NCBI RefSeq assembly: GCF_006345805.1
Contig: NC_043010.1
Coordinates: 67,084,001 to 67,148,000, forward strand
DNA from: Octopus sinensis
Taxonomy: Eukaryota
DNA: 64,000 bases
Reading direction: 5' to 3'
Shown here one piece after another: positions 1 to 11,210 of this stretch; the stretch's first letter is position 1, and each line of letters starts with the position of its first letter. The notes beneath the pieces are model-generated. The model was not told where the DNA came from and did not search any database. It worked only from the letters and a program-made list of their open reading frames with translations. A program made the translations under genes and the position numbers.

Positions 1-350
1 GCAGGAGTGGCTGTGTTGTAAGTAGCTTGCTTACCAACCACATGGTTCCGGGTTCAGTCCCACTGCATGGCACCTTGGGCAAGTGTCTTCTACTATAGCC
101 TCGGGCCAACCAAAGCCTTGTGAATGGACTTGGTAGACAGAAACTGAAAGAATCCTGTTGTATATACATATATATATGTGTGTGTCTGTGTTTGTCCCTC
201 CAACATGGCTTGACAACTGGTGCGTTTATGTCCCCGTAACTTAGCGGTTCGGCAAAAGAGAATGATAGAATAAGTACTAGGGTCAATTTGCTCGACTCAA
301 GGTGGTGCCCCAGCATGGCTACAGTCAAATGACTGAAACAAGTAAAAGAG
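1..350 (+). mobile_element. tRNA-derived SINE, family A (CORE-like central block)
   Basis: Head GGAGTGGCTGTGT(T/G)GTAAGTAGC with B-box-like GGTTCAGTCCC, then GGCACCTTGGGCAAGTG, an internal (TA/TG)n and the tail GAAACAAGTAAAAGAG. The same sequence recurs more than 15 times in the window. Confidence 0.85.
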
Positions 351-635
351 TTTGCATCCATGTAGCTTCTGGTTTAATCCCACTACATTGCACATTGAGC
401 AAATGTCTTCTATTATAACCCAAAGCTGACTAATGCCTTGTGAGTGAATTTGGTACATGAAAACAGTGTGCAACCCCCATCGTATTTGTGTGTGTGTGTG
501 TGTGTGCGTATGCCTTTGTGATTGTCCTCTCCCACCATCATAACTTGACAACCAGTGTTAGCGTATTTACATTCTCTTAATTTAATGGACTGGCAAAAGA
601 GACCAAGAGATCAAGTATCAGATTTTTAAAAAAGT
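351..635 (+). mobile_element. Degraded SINE family A copy
   Basis: Diverged match to the family A body (TGAGCAAATGTCTTCTATTATAACC...TTGTGAGTGAATTTGGTA). Confidence 0.65.
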
Positions 636-640
636 ACTCG

Positions 641-839
641 TACTCTTGTACTTGTTTCAGTCATTTGACTGCGGCCATACTGGAGCACCGCCTTTTGTCG
701 AACAAATCGACCCCAGGACTTATTCTTTGTAAGCCAAGTACTTATTCTATCGGTCTCTTTTGCCGAACCATTAAGTTACGGGGATGCAAACACACCAGTA
801 TCGGTTGTCAAGTGATGTTGGGGGGGGATACAAACACAG

Positions 840-875
<36 letters not shown>

Positions 876-1036
876 GACAGGCTTCTTTCAGTTTCCATCT
901 ACCAAATCCACGCATAAAGCTTTGGTTGGCCTGAGGCTATAGTAGAAGACACTTGCCCAAGGTGCCACACAGTGGGACTGAACCCGGAACCATGTTGTTG
1001 GTAAGCAAGCTACTTACCACACAGCCACTCCTGCAC
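641..1036 (-). mobile_element. SINE family A, near full length
   Basis: Reverse complement of family A from the tail (CTTGTTTCAGTCATTTGAC) to the head (CACAGCCACTCCTGC). Confidence 0.85.
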
Positions 1037-1721
1037 TTACTATTTGTTCAACTAAACTCTTCAAGTCAGTATCCCAGCTTCTGATCAAGCTGGGACTAGT
1101 AAAAAAGAAAACAAAGAGATTGTAATTTCTACAGGAACCAACAAAAGTCTTACATGCAGCATAGCAAACGTTAATCAAATATCAGTTAAAGATTTTGTGA
1201 TATTTGTGTTTAGTGGGAAAATGTTAAGAAATTAAATAAAGGAGCTCTTTAGATATGTTTGTTTGCACACTTAAATTATACAGGGGATTAAACCACAATT
1301 TTTCATTGCCTGATTTTACACTTTTCAAACCTCCTACCCATACCTCAGTTTTTCTTCCATAATTTTTTTATTTTTCAAAAGGCAGTTGATTTATGTCAAT
1401 GACTAAAGTTTAACATGTTTTTATTAGTGACTAAACAAAATACGTCATGGTATTTAAATATTTTCTACGTTTTATTTGTATAGCGAATCGTTTATTTTAT
1501 TGATCACAATCATTTGAAGATTGGAAATAAGAATCCTGGAGAAAAGATTCATGAAATTTGCAATATATATATATGTGTATGTATATATATATATATCATC
1601 ATCTGATGATGATGATATATACGTGTGTGTGTGTGTGTGTGTGTGTGTATACATATGCACACACACATACATACATATACATATGCTAGCCACTAAAGCT
1701 ATTTTATTCTCTCTCTATTTA

Positions 1722-1845
1722 TTTTCTCATGTTCTTTCTGTTAAAGAGCATAGGCACGAAACATTAAAGACTTTCTCACCTTCCCGAGCATTAAACACCT
1801 GTTTGTTGTTACACACTTGTCTTCGTCTTTTGTTTTTTTTTTTGT
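1722..1845 (+). mobile_element. Penelope-like element terminal-repeat fragment with decayed hammerhead-like motif
   Basis: TCTTT-CTGTTAA-A-GAGC-ATAG-GCAC-GAAAC-ATT-AAAGA is homologous to 23422-23459 and 55868-55905. Confidence 0.5.
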
Positions 1846-1853
1846 AAATCCCA

Positions 1854-1854
<1 letters not shown>

Positions 1855-1884
<30 letters not shown>

Positions 1885-2048
1885 GATATATATATATATA
1901 TGTGGATATATATATATAGATTTACAACAACTTATAATATATATATATATAATATATATATATATATATTATTATATATTTACACATATATCATATATAT
2001 ATTATATATATAGATACACTATATATACATATATATATATATATAGAT

Positions 2049-2087
<39 letters not shown>

Positions 2088-2257
2088 TACACATATATAT
2101 TACATATGTATATATATAATAGATACACATATATATACATATGTATATATATATATATAGATACACATATATATACATATGTATCTATATATATAGATAC
2201 ACATATATATACATATACATATATATATATATACACACATACATATACACATACATA

Positions 2258-2321
<64 letters not shown>

Positions 2322-2322
2322 T

Positions 2323-2358
<36 letters not shown>

Positions 2359-2440
2359 TAATATATATACACACATACACACATAAACACCTATGTATAG
2401 AAACACACATATGTATGTGGCTATCCATAGATACAAAACA
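1855..2440. repeat. Compound (TA)n/(CA)n microsatellite
   Basis: Direct reading. The overlapping YI/HT-rich ORFs are artefacts. Confidence 0.95.
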
Positions 2441-3625
2441 AGATATATATTTACCAAACACATGCAATTAACATTTAACCATGTATAGTGATATCTAATT
2501 GTAGAAAATATGTTTATGGATATATTTTCATGGCAATAAACAAACATATACGTTTGTGTGTATGTATGTATGTGTGTGATTGTGTTGGTGCATGAGTGTG
2601 TATATATTCATTTCATACATATACCCATGTATGTGTATTTATACATGCATATATATATATGTGTGTATATATATATATATGTGTGTGTGTGGATATATAT
2701 ATATATGTCTGTGTGTTAATGATTGTGTGTATGTATAAGTGAGAGAGAGATTGTGTGTGTATACAGAGAATGGAAATGAGTTCAAGATAGTGACAGACAG
2801 ACAAACAGGCAGACAGATAGATGTGATGTGAAAGTGAAAGTGAGAAAAAGAAGAAAGAAGAAAATGAGGAGGAAAAGGAGAGAGGAAGAGTGGGAGAGCA
2901 GTTTAGAATTTTATTTAAAAATTTGAAAATAAAAGATTTTAGAAGGCATCTGTGGCGGGTTGTGGTGTTGAATGCTGGAGAAGGGGAGGGTGTTATATGA
3001 ATGGTTGAAGTTGATAAGGAAGGAAAGAGACAGAGAGGAAGAGGGAGGGGGAGACGGATAGGGAAGGAGAGAGAGAGAGTATGTGAGTGTATGAAAAGAG
3101 ATGGGGTAAAATAAGTGAAGGGGAGGTGTGTGGATAAACATAGAATAGTAAACAGTGAGAGGAGCAGAAAGAGGAGATATGTTTGTGTGTGTGTGTGAGA
3201 GGGGGAGAGAGAGAGACAGAGACAGAGATAGGCAGACAGACTGATAGATAGACAGAGAGGGGGAGAAAGAGATATATATACAGAGAGGATGGGAGAATGG
3301 AAATGAAACATAAGGTGGGTTGTAGACAGGGGATGGTAATGGTTGTAAGAAGGAGAGTAATGGAAAGAAGAAGAAGGAGAGAGAGAGAGAGTAGATGAGA
3401 AGTAAAAATCAAAGGAGAGGTGGAGCTTACTTTGCAGGATAGTAATAAGGGGAGGTGCCTATTGGGGAGTCGAGCAACAATGTGAGATTATGTTTTTGTC
3501 TACCACATTTCCATATATGGTATGATGTCTTAATTTGGGAGGGAATATTTGCAGAAATTTGTGTGTACGTGTATTTGTATGTATATATGTTTATGTGAAT
3601 GTGTGTGGGTGTGATTGTACAAGAC

Positions 3626-3661
<36 letters not shown>

Positions 3662-3674
3662 ATACATGCACATG

Positions 3675-3707
<33 letters not shown>

Positions 3708-4707
3708 AGATGTGTGTGTTTATGTTTGTGAGTATAGATACCTATGTGTGGATATATGTCAGTTCAGATGAATATGTGTGTATTTGTGTGTATATGTATG
3801 TGTGTATATAATATATATATATGTATGTGTCTTTTTGCTTAACTATGTGTCTGTGTATATATATATATATATATACATAGACACACACATATATGTGTGT
3901 AAATGTATATATCTATATGTATATATCCGTATAAATGTAAATGTGTATGAGTGTATATATATATATATATATGTGTGTACATATATATAATGAAACGAAT
4001 ATATGAGTAGATCTCTGTGCTTTGGAAAAATCTATGTATTGGTAGTATCATTTCTCAAGAAATTATGAATTCTACAGGTGTGTGTGTGTATGTGTGCATG
4101 GTCACACATGTATCTGTACGTGTGCTACTTTCGCAGCGTTTCCCTCATGTGTACACACATGAAAAAAGCATGCATTACTACATGTTTATGCTCGCACTTC
4201 AGTGTGTGTATATCGACGTGCTTCTTTATGCACAATCATTAAAGCCCAGCTCGTTAACACATCAACTGGGCCACTCCAATACACACACAGCGAAGCACCT
4301 GCATTTGCAGTGCTCTGCAATGTGCAAGCGTCAATTTTTGTGCACTTGGGACAAAACATGTGTGTATCATTACCTTATATGGTATAACACTCACAAACAA
4401 CTCAATGGTCACCTCCCTTTCACTGGTATATACTTGCTTATTGTCCCACATTTGAAAACAAGAACTCACACACATACACACACCTCGTACATACATATAT
4501 ACTAACATACATACACACATGCATATATACTAACATACATACATAGATACATTTATACACACATAGATATATACATACATTTATACATACTTAAATACAT
4601 ACACATATTCATACATACATATATGTAAACACACATAGACATAGATAGATAGATAGATATGTATGTATATAATATATATATATGTGTGTGTGTGTATACA
4701 TATATAT

Positions 4708-4755
4708 GTCATCATCATCGTTTAACGTCTGTCTTCCATGCTAGCATGGGTGAGA
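4708..4755 (-). mobile_element. SINE family C, 3' end only
   Basis: CATCATCATCGTTTAACGTCTGTCTTCCATGCTAGCATGGG matches the 3' end of the copies at 10849 and 26491. Confidence 0.65.
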
Positions 4756-5014
4756 CATTATATATATATATATATATATACATACATATATGTACATATA
4801 TACATACATGCACATATTTATATACATATAAACATACATATATATATATATGTACATATACATACGTATATACACATATTTTGATATATATGAACATATA
4901 GAACATACATATATAAGTATATACATATGTATATGAACATAAATATATATATATGTGTGTGTGTATATATATATATATATGTTTGTGTATATACGTATGT
5001 ATATATGTATATAT

Positions 5015-5082
<68 letters not shown>

Positions 5083-5649
5083 GCACATATATGCACAAAA
5101 ACATAACCACTTTTTCATATGTATATGCCTGCAAACACGTTACTCAAATCATTTTCATTTATACTCATCCCTCTCTCTGTTTCTCTTGCTTTCCCTCTCT
5201 CTGCTTCACTCTTTTTCCTCTCTCTCTCTCTCTCTCTCTCGCTCTCTCTCCCTCTTCATATTAATGGTTTCTAAATTCAGCTCAAAGCTGCCCAAATCTG
5301 AGAGAAGAGGGTTACTCAATGCCATTGACCCCCCACTCTGACCCCCCTCGCCTCCCCAGTACTTGACTGCTTCTTCATTGGTGCTCCAGTGTACTAACCC
5401 CAGAGAGATCAAATGTGAAGCTGACCTTCATAGGATTTGAACTCACAATGTTAAGAATCGGAGGAAATACTGCAGAACATTTTGTCTGATACTACCAATC
5501 CATGACAATGATGATAGTGGTGGTGGTCATGGTGCTGGTGGTGACAGGAGTAATAATGACAGCAATAACAAATAATAATATTAACAATAACAATAATACT
5601 GATGATGATGATGATGATGATGGTGGTGGTGATGATTTCTACTGGAAAC

Positions 5650-5838
5650 ACAAGGCCTTAAATCTGGGGGAAGGGATTAAGTCTATGACATCGACCTCAG
5701 TGCGCAACTGGTATTGATTTAATCGAACCCGAAAGGATGAAAGGCAAAGTTGACCGTAGTGGAATTTGAACTCAGAACGTAGCTGCAGACGAAATAGCAC
5801 TAAGCATTTCACCCAGCGTGCTAATGAGTCTGCCAGCA
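5650..5838 (-). mobile_element. SINE family B
   Basis: Reverse complement of GCTGGCAGA...GTTCTGAGTTCAAATT...CTTTGCCTTTCATCCTTTCGGG; the family is repeated about 10 times in the window. Confidence 0.8.
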
Positions 5839-5845
5839 AACCACT

Positions 5846-5847
<2 letters not shown>

Positions 5848-5879
<32 letters not shown>

Positions 5880-6215
5880 TAATAATGTTGATGATGATAA
5901 TAATGGTAATGATGATGACAACGACGGCGATAATGGTGATAATGATGATGATGATGATGACAATGATGATGATAATGGTGATAATAATGATGATGATGGT
6001 CATGATGATGATCATGATGATGATCATGATCATGATGACGATGACGATCATAATGATGATAATGGTGTGATGATGATGATGATGATGATGATGAAAATGA
6101 TGATCATCATCATGATAATGGTGATAATAATGATGATGATGGTCATCATCATAATGACGATGATGATGATGATAATGGTGATTATTATAGATGATGATAA
6201 TGATAATAATGCCCA
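5848..6215. repeat. Degenerate (AAT)n/(GAT)n trinucleotide microsatellite
   Basis: Direct reading. Confidence 0.9.
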
Positions 6216-6550
6216 GCTGACAACAAGGTGTGCGATAAGGAAGAAAGAAAAGTCGAGAGATATGACAAGTTAGCTTGGGCGGTTAAGCAGTTGGGGTCAC
6301 TGAAAAAAGTGGTAATAGTACCAATAATTGTTGGAGCCCAGGGAACAGTGAAAAAAGGTCTTAAGAAGTATGTGGAACAAATAAGAGCTGCAATAAGGGT
6401 GGACCACTTGCAGAAAACAGCACTGCTTGAAACTGCTCAAATACTCTGGAAGGTGCTGGAAAAATTAAGGGTGTTACCTTAGTTCACTGGTAGTGAACAG
6501 CTGACACCGTAATACATCTTCAGCCTTAGAAGCTGTGCAAAGGCAATAAA
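6213..6550 (+). mobile_element. R4/Dong-clade non-LTR retrotransposon, 5'-truncated 3' end (RLE domain C-terminus plus 3' UTR)
   Basis: Translates PADNKVCDKEERKVERYDKLAWAVKQLGSLKKVVIVPIIVGAQGTV...LQKTALLETAQILWKVLEK. This matches the R4/Dong pattern KEKxxKYxxL...VxPVVIGALG...LQKxALLGTAxILRKVL. It is followed directly by (TAA)n. Confidence 0.85.
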
Positions 6551-6555
6551 ATAAC

Positions 6556-6587
<32 letters not shown>

Positions 6588-6602
6588 TGATGATGATCTG
6601 TA

Positions 6603-6826
6603 AGGTGGAAAGCTGGTAGAGTCATTAGCACACAGGGCAAAATGCTTGGCGGCAGATCATCAGACACTATGTTCTGAGTTCAAATTCCACTGTGATCATC
6701 TTCCCTTTTCATTCTTTCAGGGTTGACAATCGCCCATCCCCAGGGAACTGGGGAGGGGGGTGAAGGTGATGTAATCAACTTACCCCCTCTCCTGAAATTG
6801 CTGGCCTTGTGCCAAAATTTGAAACC
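6603..6826 (+). mobile_element. SINE family B
   Basis: AAGCTGGTAGAGTCATTAGCAC...GTTCTGAGTTCAAATTCC...CCCTTTTCATTCTTTCAGGGTTGACAA. Confidence 0.75.
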
Positions 6827-6854
6827 AATAATAACAATCTTTTCTATTAAAAGT

Positions 6855-7446
6855 GCAAGGCTTGAAATTTGGGGGTAGGTGAGGGTTAGTCAATTACATC
6901 GACCCCAGTGCTCCACTGGTACTTATTTTATCGACCTCCAAAAGGATGGAAAGCAAAGTCAACCTTGGCTAAATTTGAACTCAGAATGTAAAGGTGGACA
7001 AAGCACCACTAAGCATTTTCTCTGGTGTGCTAATGCTTCATATTTCTTTACTACCCACAAGGGGCTAAACATAGAGGGGACAAACAAGGACAGACAAACG
7101 GATTAAGTTGATTATATCGACCCCAGTGCATAACTGGTACTTATTTAATCGACCCTGAAAGGATGAAAGGCAAAGTCGACCTCAGCAGAATTTGAACACA
7201 GAATGTAAAGTCAGACAAAATACCCATTTCTTTACTACCCACAAGGGGCTAAACACAGAGAGGACAAACGGATTAAGTCGATTACATCGACCCCAGTGCG
7301 TAACTGGTACTTAATTTATCAACCCCGAAAGGATGAAAGGCAAAGTCGACCTGGCAGACGAAATCCCCTTAAGCATTTCGCCCGGCGTGCTAACGTTTCT
7401 GCCAGCTTGCCGCCTTGTGTGCTAATCCTTCAGCCAGCTTGTTGCC
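6855..7446 (-). mobile_element. Three nested or tandem SINE family B copies
   Basis: The block CGACCCCAGTG...CTGGTACTTA...AAAGGATGAAAGGCAAAGTC occurs three times (about 6900, 7120 and 7290). Confidence 0.8.
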
Positions 7447-7691
7447 TTCAACAATTGTAATAATAATAATAATAATAATAATAATATAATAATAATAATA
7501 ATAATCTTTTCTAAGCCCTTTAAAAGAACTTAGAAAGGTTGGGCCTCCAACCAGGCCTTTTGTGATTTCCTTAAAGCCAGGAACTTTTCAGCACTCCCTC
7601 ATACAACTAGAAAACTACTATAAAATATCCACCAAAGGACTACAGAAATATTTAATTCAGAACCAAGGAAAACTAATGCAAATAACTACAA

Positions 7692-8064
7692 GGTGCAGAC
7701 ATGGGTTTGTGGTAAGAACTTTACTTCCCAGCGACATGGTTCCAGGTTCAATTCCAATGTGTGAAGCCACGGGCAAGTGTCTTCTACTATTGCCTGAGGC
7801 CAACCAAAGCCTTCTGAGTAGATTGGTAGATGGAAACTGAAAGAAGCCTGTTGTGTATGCATGTGGGGGCATGCGTATGTGAGTGTGTCCTTGTGTTTGT
7901 CCCCTACCACCACTTGACAACCGGTGATGGTGTGTTTACATCCCTGCAACTTAGCAGTTCGGCAAAAATGGCCAATGAAATAAATACCAGGCTTAAAGAA
8001 AAATAAGTACCGAAATTGATTCGTTTGATTAGAAACTTCTCCAAGGCTGTGCCCCAGCATTGCC
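7692..8064 (+). mobile_element. Diverged SINE family A copy
   Basis: GGTTCCAGGTTCAATTCC...GGGCAAGTGTCTTCTACTAT...GGAAACTGAAAGAAGCC. Confidence 0.75.
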
Positions 8065-8279
8065 ATAATACATCTTTATAATCAAATAAAAGTATAAAAG
8101 ATAAAGATGAAAGCTATTTTCTCTCTGCCAGAAAGCCCCAAAATGCAAAACAGCAACCAATGATATTCATCGGCTACGAAGGAAAGAAAAGAGGGGAAAC
8201 AGCAAAGACTGTAAAACAGCTAAAATTTAAGACAAAACTAGGATTGGAGAATCCCACGATGGAATAATGGTAAATAAAG

Positions 8280-8665
8280 CCATGATGATGACGATGACAA
8301 CGAAGAAGATGATGATGATCATCATGATGACGACAATGAAGATGACGACGATGAAGATGATGATGACGATGAAGATGATGACGACGATGAAGATGATGAT
8401 GAAGATGATGATGATGACGACGACGATGAAGATGATGACAACGACGACGATGAAGATGATGACAACGATGACGATGAAGATGATGATGACGATGAAAATG
8501 ATGACGACGACAATGAAGATGATGATGACGATGAAGATGATGGTGTTGACGATGAAGATGATGACGATGACGAAGATGGTGATGATGATGATCAAGATGG
8601 TGATAGTGATGATGATGATAATGATTGTGGTGATGATGATGAGGGTGGTGGTGGTGGTGGTAGTA
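8280..8665. repeat. (GAT/GAC/GAA)n trinucleotide array ending in (GGT)n
   Basis: Direct reading. Confidence 0.9.
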
Positions 8666-9034
8666 GTGGTGGGGAATGTGGCATCTCTAGACAGTTACAA
8701 TACAAGTGATTGCAGGAGCACTAGGAATGATCAAAAAAGGAACTGAAAGTTATTTGAGAATGATCCTTCTTTTATCATCCCTGCAAGAAGTGGAAAAAAA
8801 AACTGTTTTATATTGTTATGTCACACAAATTGAGAAGAACATTGTCATTGTGAAAATGATAACCTTCTATGAAAAATAACTTTATTTGGTTTGTAAATGA
8901 ACAATCTGGTATGTTTATTTTAATGGCTTATCAATGTTTACAGTGAGTTTTTTTTTTTGCCCTAGGTGTCAGGAAGACACTCAGCTAGAAATGGAAACAA
9001 AATTGAAAAAAGAAGAAAAACTAATAATAATAAT

Positions 9035-9470
9035 AATGATGCTTGTCAGTTGTTTGACCGAAACCAGTTGAGCATGTCCCTTGGTGGCTGACGATATGCG
9101 CATCTCTGATCATGAGCAGAAGTAGTGGGGGAACATCATAGCCAAGTGTTGAGAGGGATTCTTTGGGATTTGAATAATTCACTTCTGGAAACATGGGTGG
9201 TTCTTTCAACATCCTTAAACAATCCTTATTCAGGGACCTTTTGAGCGGGATGAGCTACTCGACCTGAAGAAAATTCTAACTGGGTCCTACCTGCAAGGTC
9301 ATGTGCTGTTTATGATATGAAATCACCATGTTACGCACATTTGGTTGTGATGCATCTGCCTGGTGTACTCTTATCAGATGGGTAGTCATGATGAGTATCC
9401 TGGGTTTCATATATTTTACCCCAGTGTCACTTTGATGACATGCACTGCTCTCTCACTCAATAATAATAAT
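9035..9470 (+). mobile_element. Interspersed repeat ending CTCTCTCACTC(AAT)n, probably a LINE 3' UTR or non-autonomous retroposon
   Basis: A complex 430-bp segment with (AAT)n on both sides and no ORF. Recognised as a common octopus-type repeat; the class is inferred. Confidence 0.45.
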
Positions 9471-9479
9471 AGTAATACT

Positions 9480-9666
9480 CTTTACTCTTTTACTCTTACT
9501 TGTTTCAGTCATTTGACTGCGGCCATGCTGGAGCACCGCCTTTAATCGAGCAACTCAACCCCAGTACTTATTCTATTGGTCTCTTTTGCCGAACTGCTAA
9601 GTAACGGGGACATAAACACACCAGCATCGGTTGTCAAGCAATGCTAGGGGGACAAACACAGACACA

Positions 9667-9711
<45 letters not shown>

Positions 9712-9878
9712 TACGACAGGCTTCTTTCAGTTTCTGTCTACCAAATCCACTCACAAGGCTTTGGTTGGCCCGAGGCTATAGTAGAAGACACTTGCCCAAG
9801 GTGCCATGCAGTGGGACTGAACCCGGAACCATGTGGTTGGTAAGCAAGCTACTTACCACACAGCCACTCCTGTGCCTA
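9480..9878 (-). mobile_element. SINE family A, full length
   Basis: Reverse complement of family A from tail to head (CACAGCCACTCCTGTGCCTA). Confidence 0.85.
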
Positions 9879-10124
9879 TAATAATATTATTTCTTTTATT
9901 GTCCACAAGGGCCCAAGACATGGGGGACAATATCGAAGGACAAGTTACAACATACTTACTAAAACAATAACAACACTAGGAGCAAAAAAATGTTCCTCAC
10001 TTCCCTCTATCTCTCTCTCTCTCTCTCTATCTTTTTGTCCCTCTCTGTCTCAGTGTTTTTGTTGTTTTTGTTTCATTTCATCCTGAGTGAAAACTTCCCC
10101 TCTTCATAATCCTTTCTACTAAAA

Positions 10125-10499
10125 GCACAAGGCTTGGAATTGGGGGAGGGGGAGGGGATAGTTGATTACATCGGCCCCCAGTGTCTCACTGGTACTTAAT
10201 TTATCGATCCCGAAAGGATGAAAGGCACAGTCAACCTTGGCAGAGTTTGAACTCAGAGCCTAAAGACAGGCGAAATACCTATTTCTTTACTACCCACAAG
10301 GAGCTAAACACAGAGGAGACAAACAAGGACAGCCAGATGGATTAAGTCGATTACATCGACCCCAGTGTCTCACTGATCGACTCCAAAAGGATGAAAGGCA
10401 CAATCGACCTCGGCAAAATTTGAACTCAGAACCTAAAGACACACGAAATACCACTAAGCATTTCACTCGCTGTGCTGACAATTCTGCCAGCTCACCACC
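10125..10499 (-). mobile_element. Two nested SINE family B copies
   Basis: AAAGGATGAAAGGCAC and TTTGAACTCAGA each occur twice. Confidence 0.75.
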
Positions 10500-10576
10500 T
10501 TCACTTCCCCTCTTCATGACGACAGCACAGCTCTGGCGAGGCCAGGTTGACTTATCAGTTTTCTACACTCTCTTTA

Positions 10577-10797
10577 CCCCTTTAGCATTCAGATTATTCT
10601 GTCAAATATATTGCTTATTTATTCACATTGTTTTGAGAATTAATCTTGTATTGTCTTATAGCTTTCAGCTTTTGATGAGGTAACTTAATTTTTAGAATTA
10701 CATTGTAGGGTAGGTTTGAGATGCCAGATCTGGCCAGTTTGAAAATAAAGCAGGTAGAAAATTGTGGCCTGATATGGTCAATTTAAATGCTAAAGCG
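10577..10797. mobile_element. piggyBac-like MITE
   Basis: Terminal inverted repeats CCCCTTTAGCATT ... AATGCTAAAGCG, flanked by TTTA and TTAA (a degenerate TTAA target). Confidence 0.65.
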
Positions 10798-10848
10798 TTA
10801 AATATACCAATTCCCAACTTAACCAGTAATTTTAATGTTTGTACCTGT

Positions 10849-11072
10849 CGTCATCATCATCATCATCATCATCGTTTAACGTCTGTTTTCCGTGCTAGCA
10901 TGGGTTGGACGGTTCAACCGGGGTCTGGGAAGCCAGGAAGCTGCGCCAGGCTCCAGTCTGATCTGGCAGTGTTTCTACAGCTGGATGCCCTTCCTAACGC
11001 CAACCACTCCATGAGTGTAGTGGGTGCTTTTTACGTGCCACCGGCACAGGTGCCAGGGGAAGCTGGCAGCTG
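10849..11072 (-). mobile_element. SINE family C with (ATG)n tail
   Basis: (CAT)n-CGTTTAACGTC...GGATGCCCTTCCTAACGCCAACC...TTTTACGTGCCACCGGCAC; homologous to 26491-26850 and 42572-42830. Confidence 0.8.
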
Positions 11073-11210
11073 TATTAACTCAAAAACATCATATGCTTCC
11101 TATTCCTTCCTCCCCCCTCTCTCTCTCTCTCTCTCTCGTTTAAGAAGGACAAAGATAAGAGAGGGAAAGTCATTAATTAGAGATTTATTATGTACTTATC
11201 CTTACTCTAG

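Noticed and set aside
1072-1100. 9-bp hairpin followed by CTAGT as a Helitron 3' end
   Set aside because: There is no spacer between the hairpin and CTAG, no matching 5' TC end, and no similarity to the two Helitrons in the window.
3431-3528. Exon at 3438-3519 (+; IVIRGGAYWGVEQQCEIMFLSTTFPYM) or 3431-3528 (-)
   Set aside because: Equally plausible splice pairs and open frames exist on both strands, the polypyrimidine tracts are poor, and neither peptide is recognisable.
4017-4505. 162-aa ORF and overlapping 61-aa ORF as genes
   Set aside because: Both begin or end in TG/CA repeats, show no domain signature and have no consistent splice phase with neighbours.
8132-8270. Exon after the acceptor TTTTCTCTCTGCCAG
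   Set aside because: All three frames stop before the best donor (GTAAAT), and the peptides are unrecognisable.
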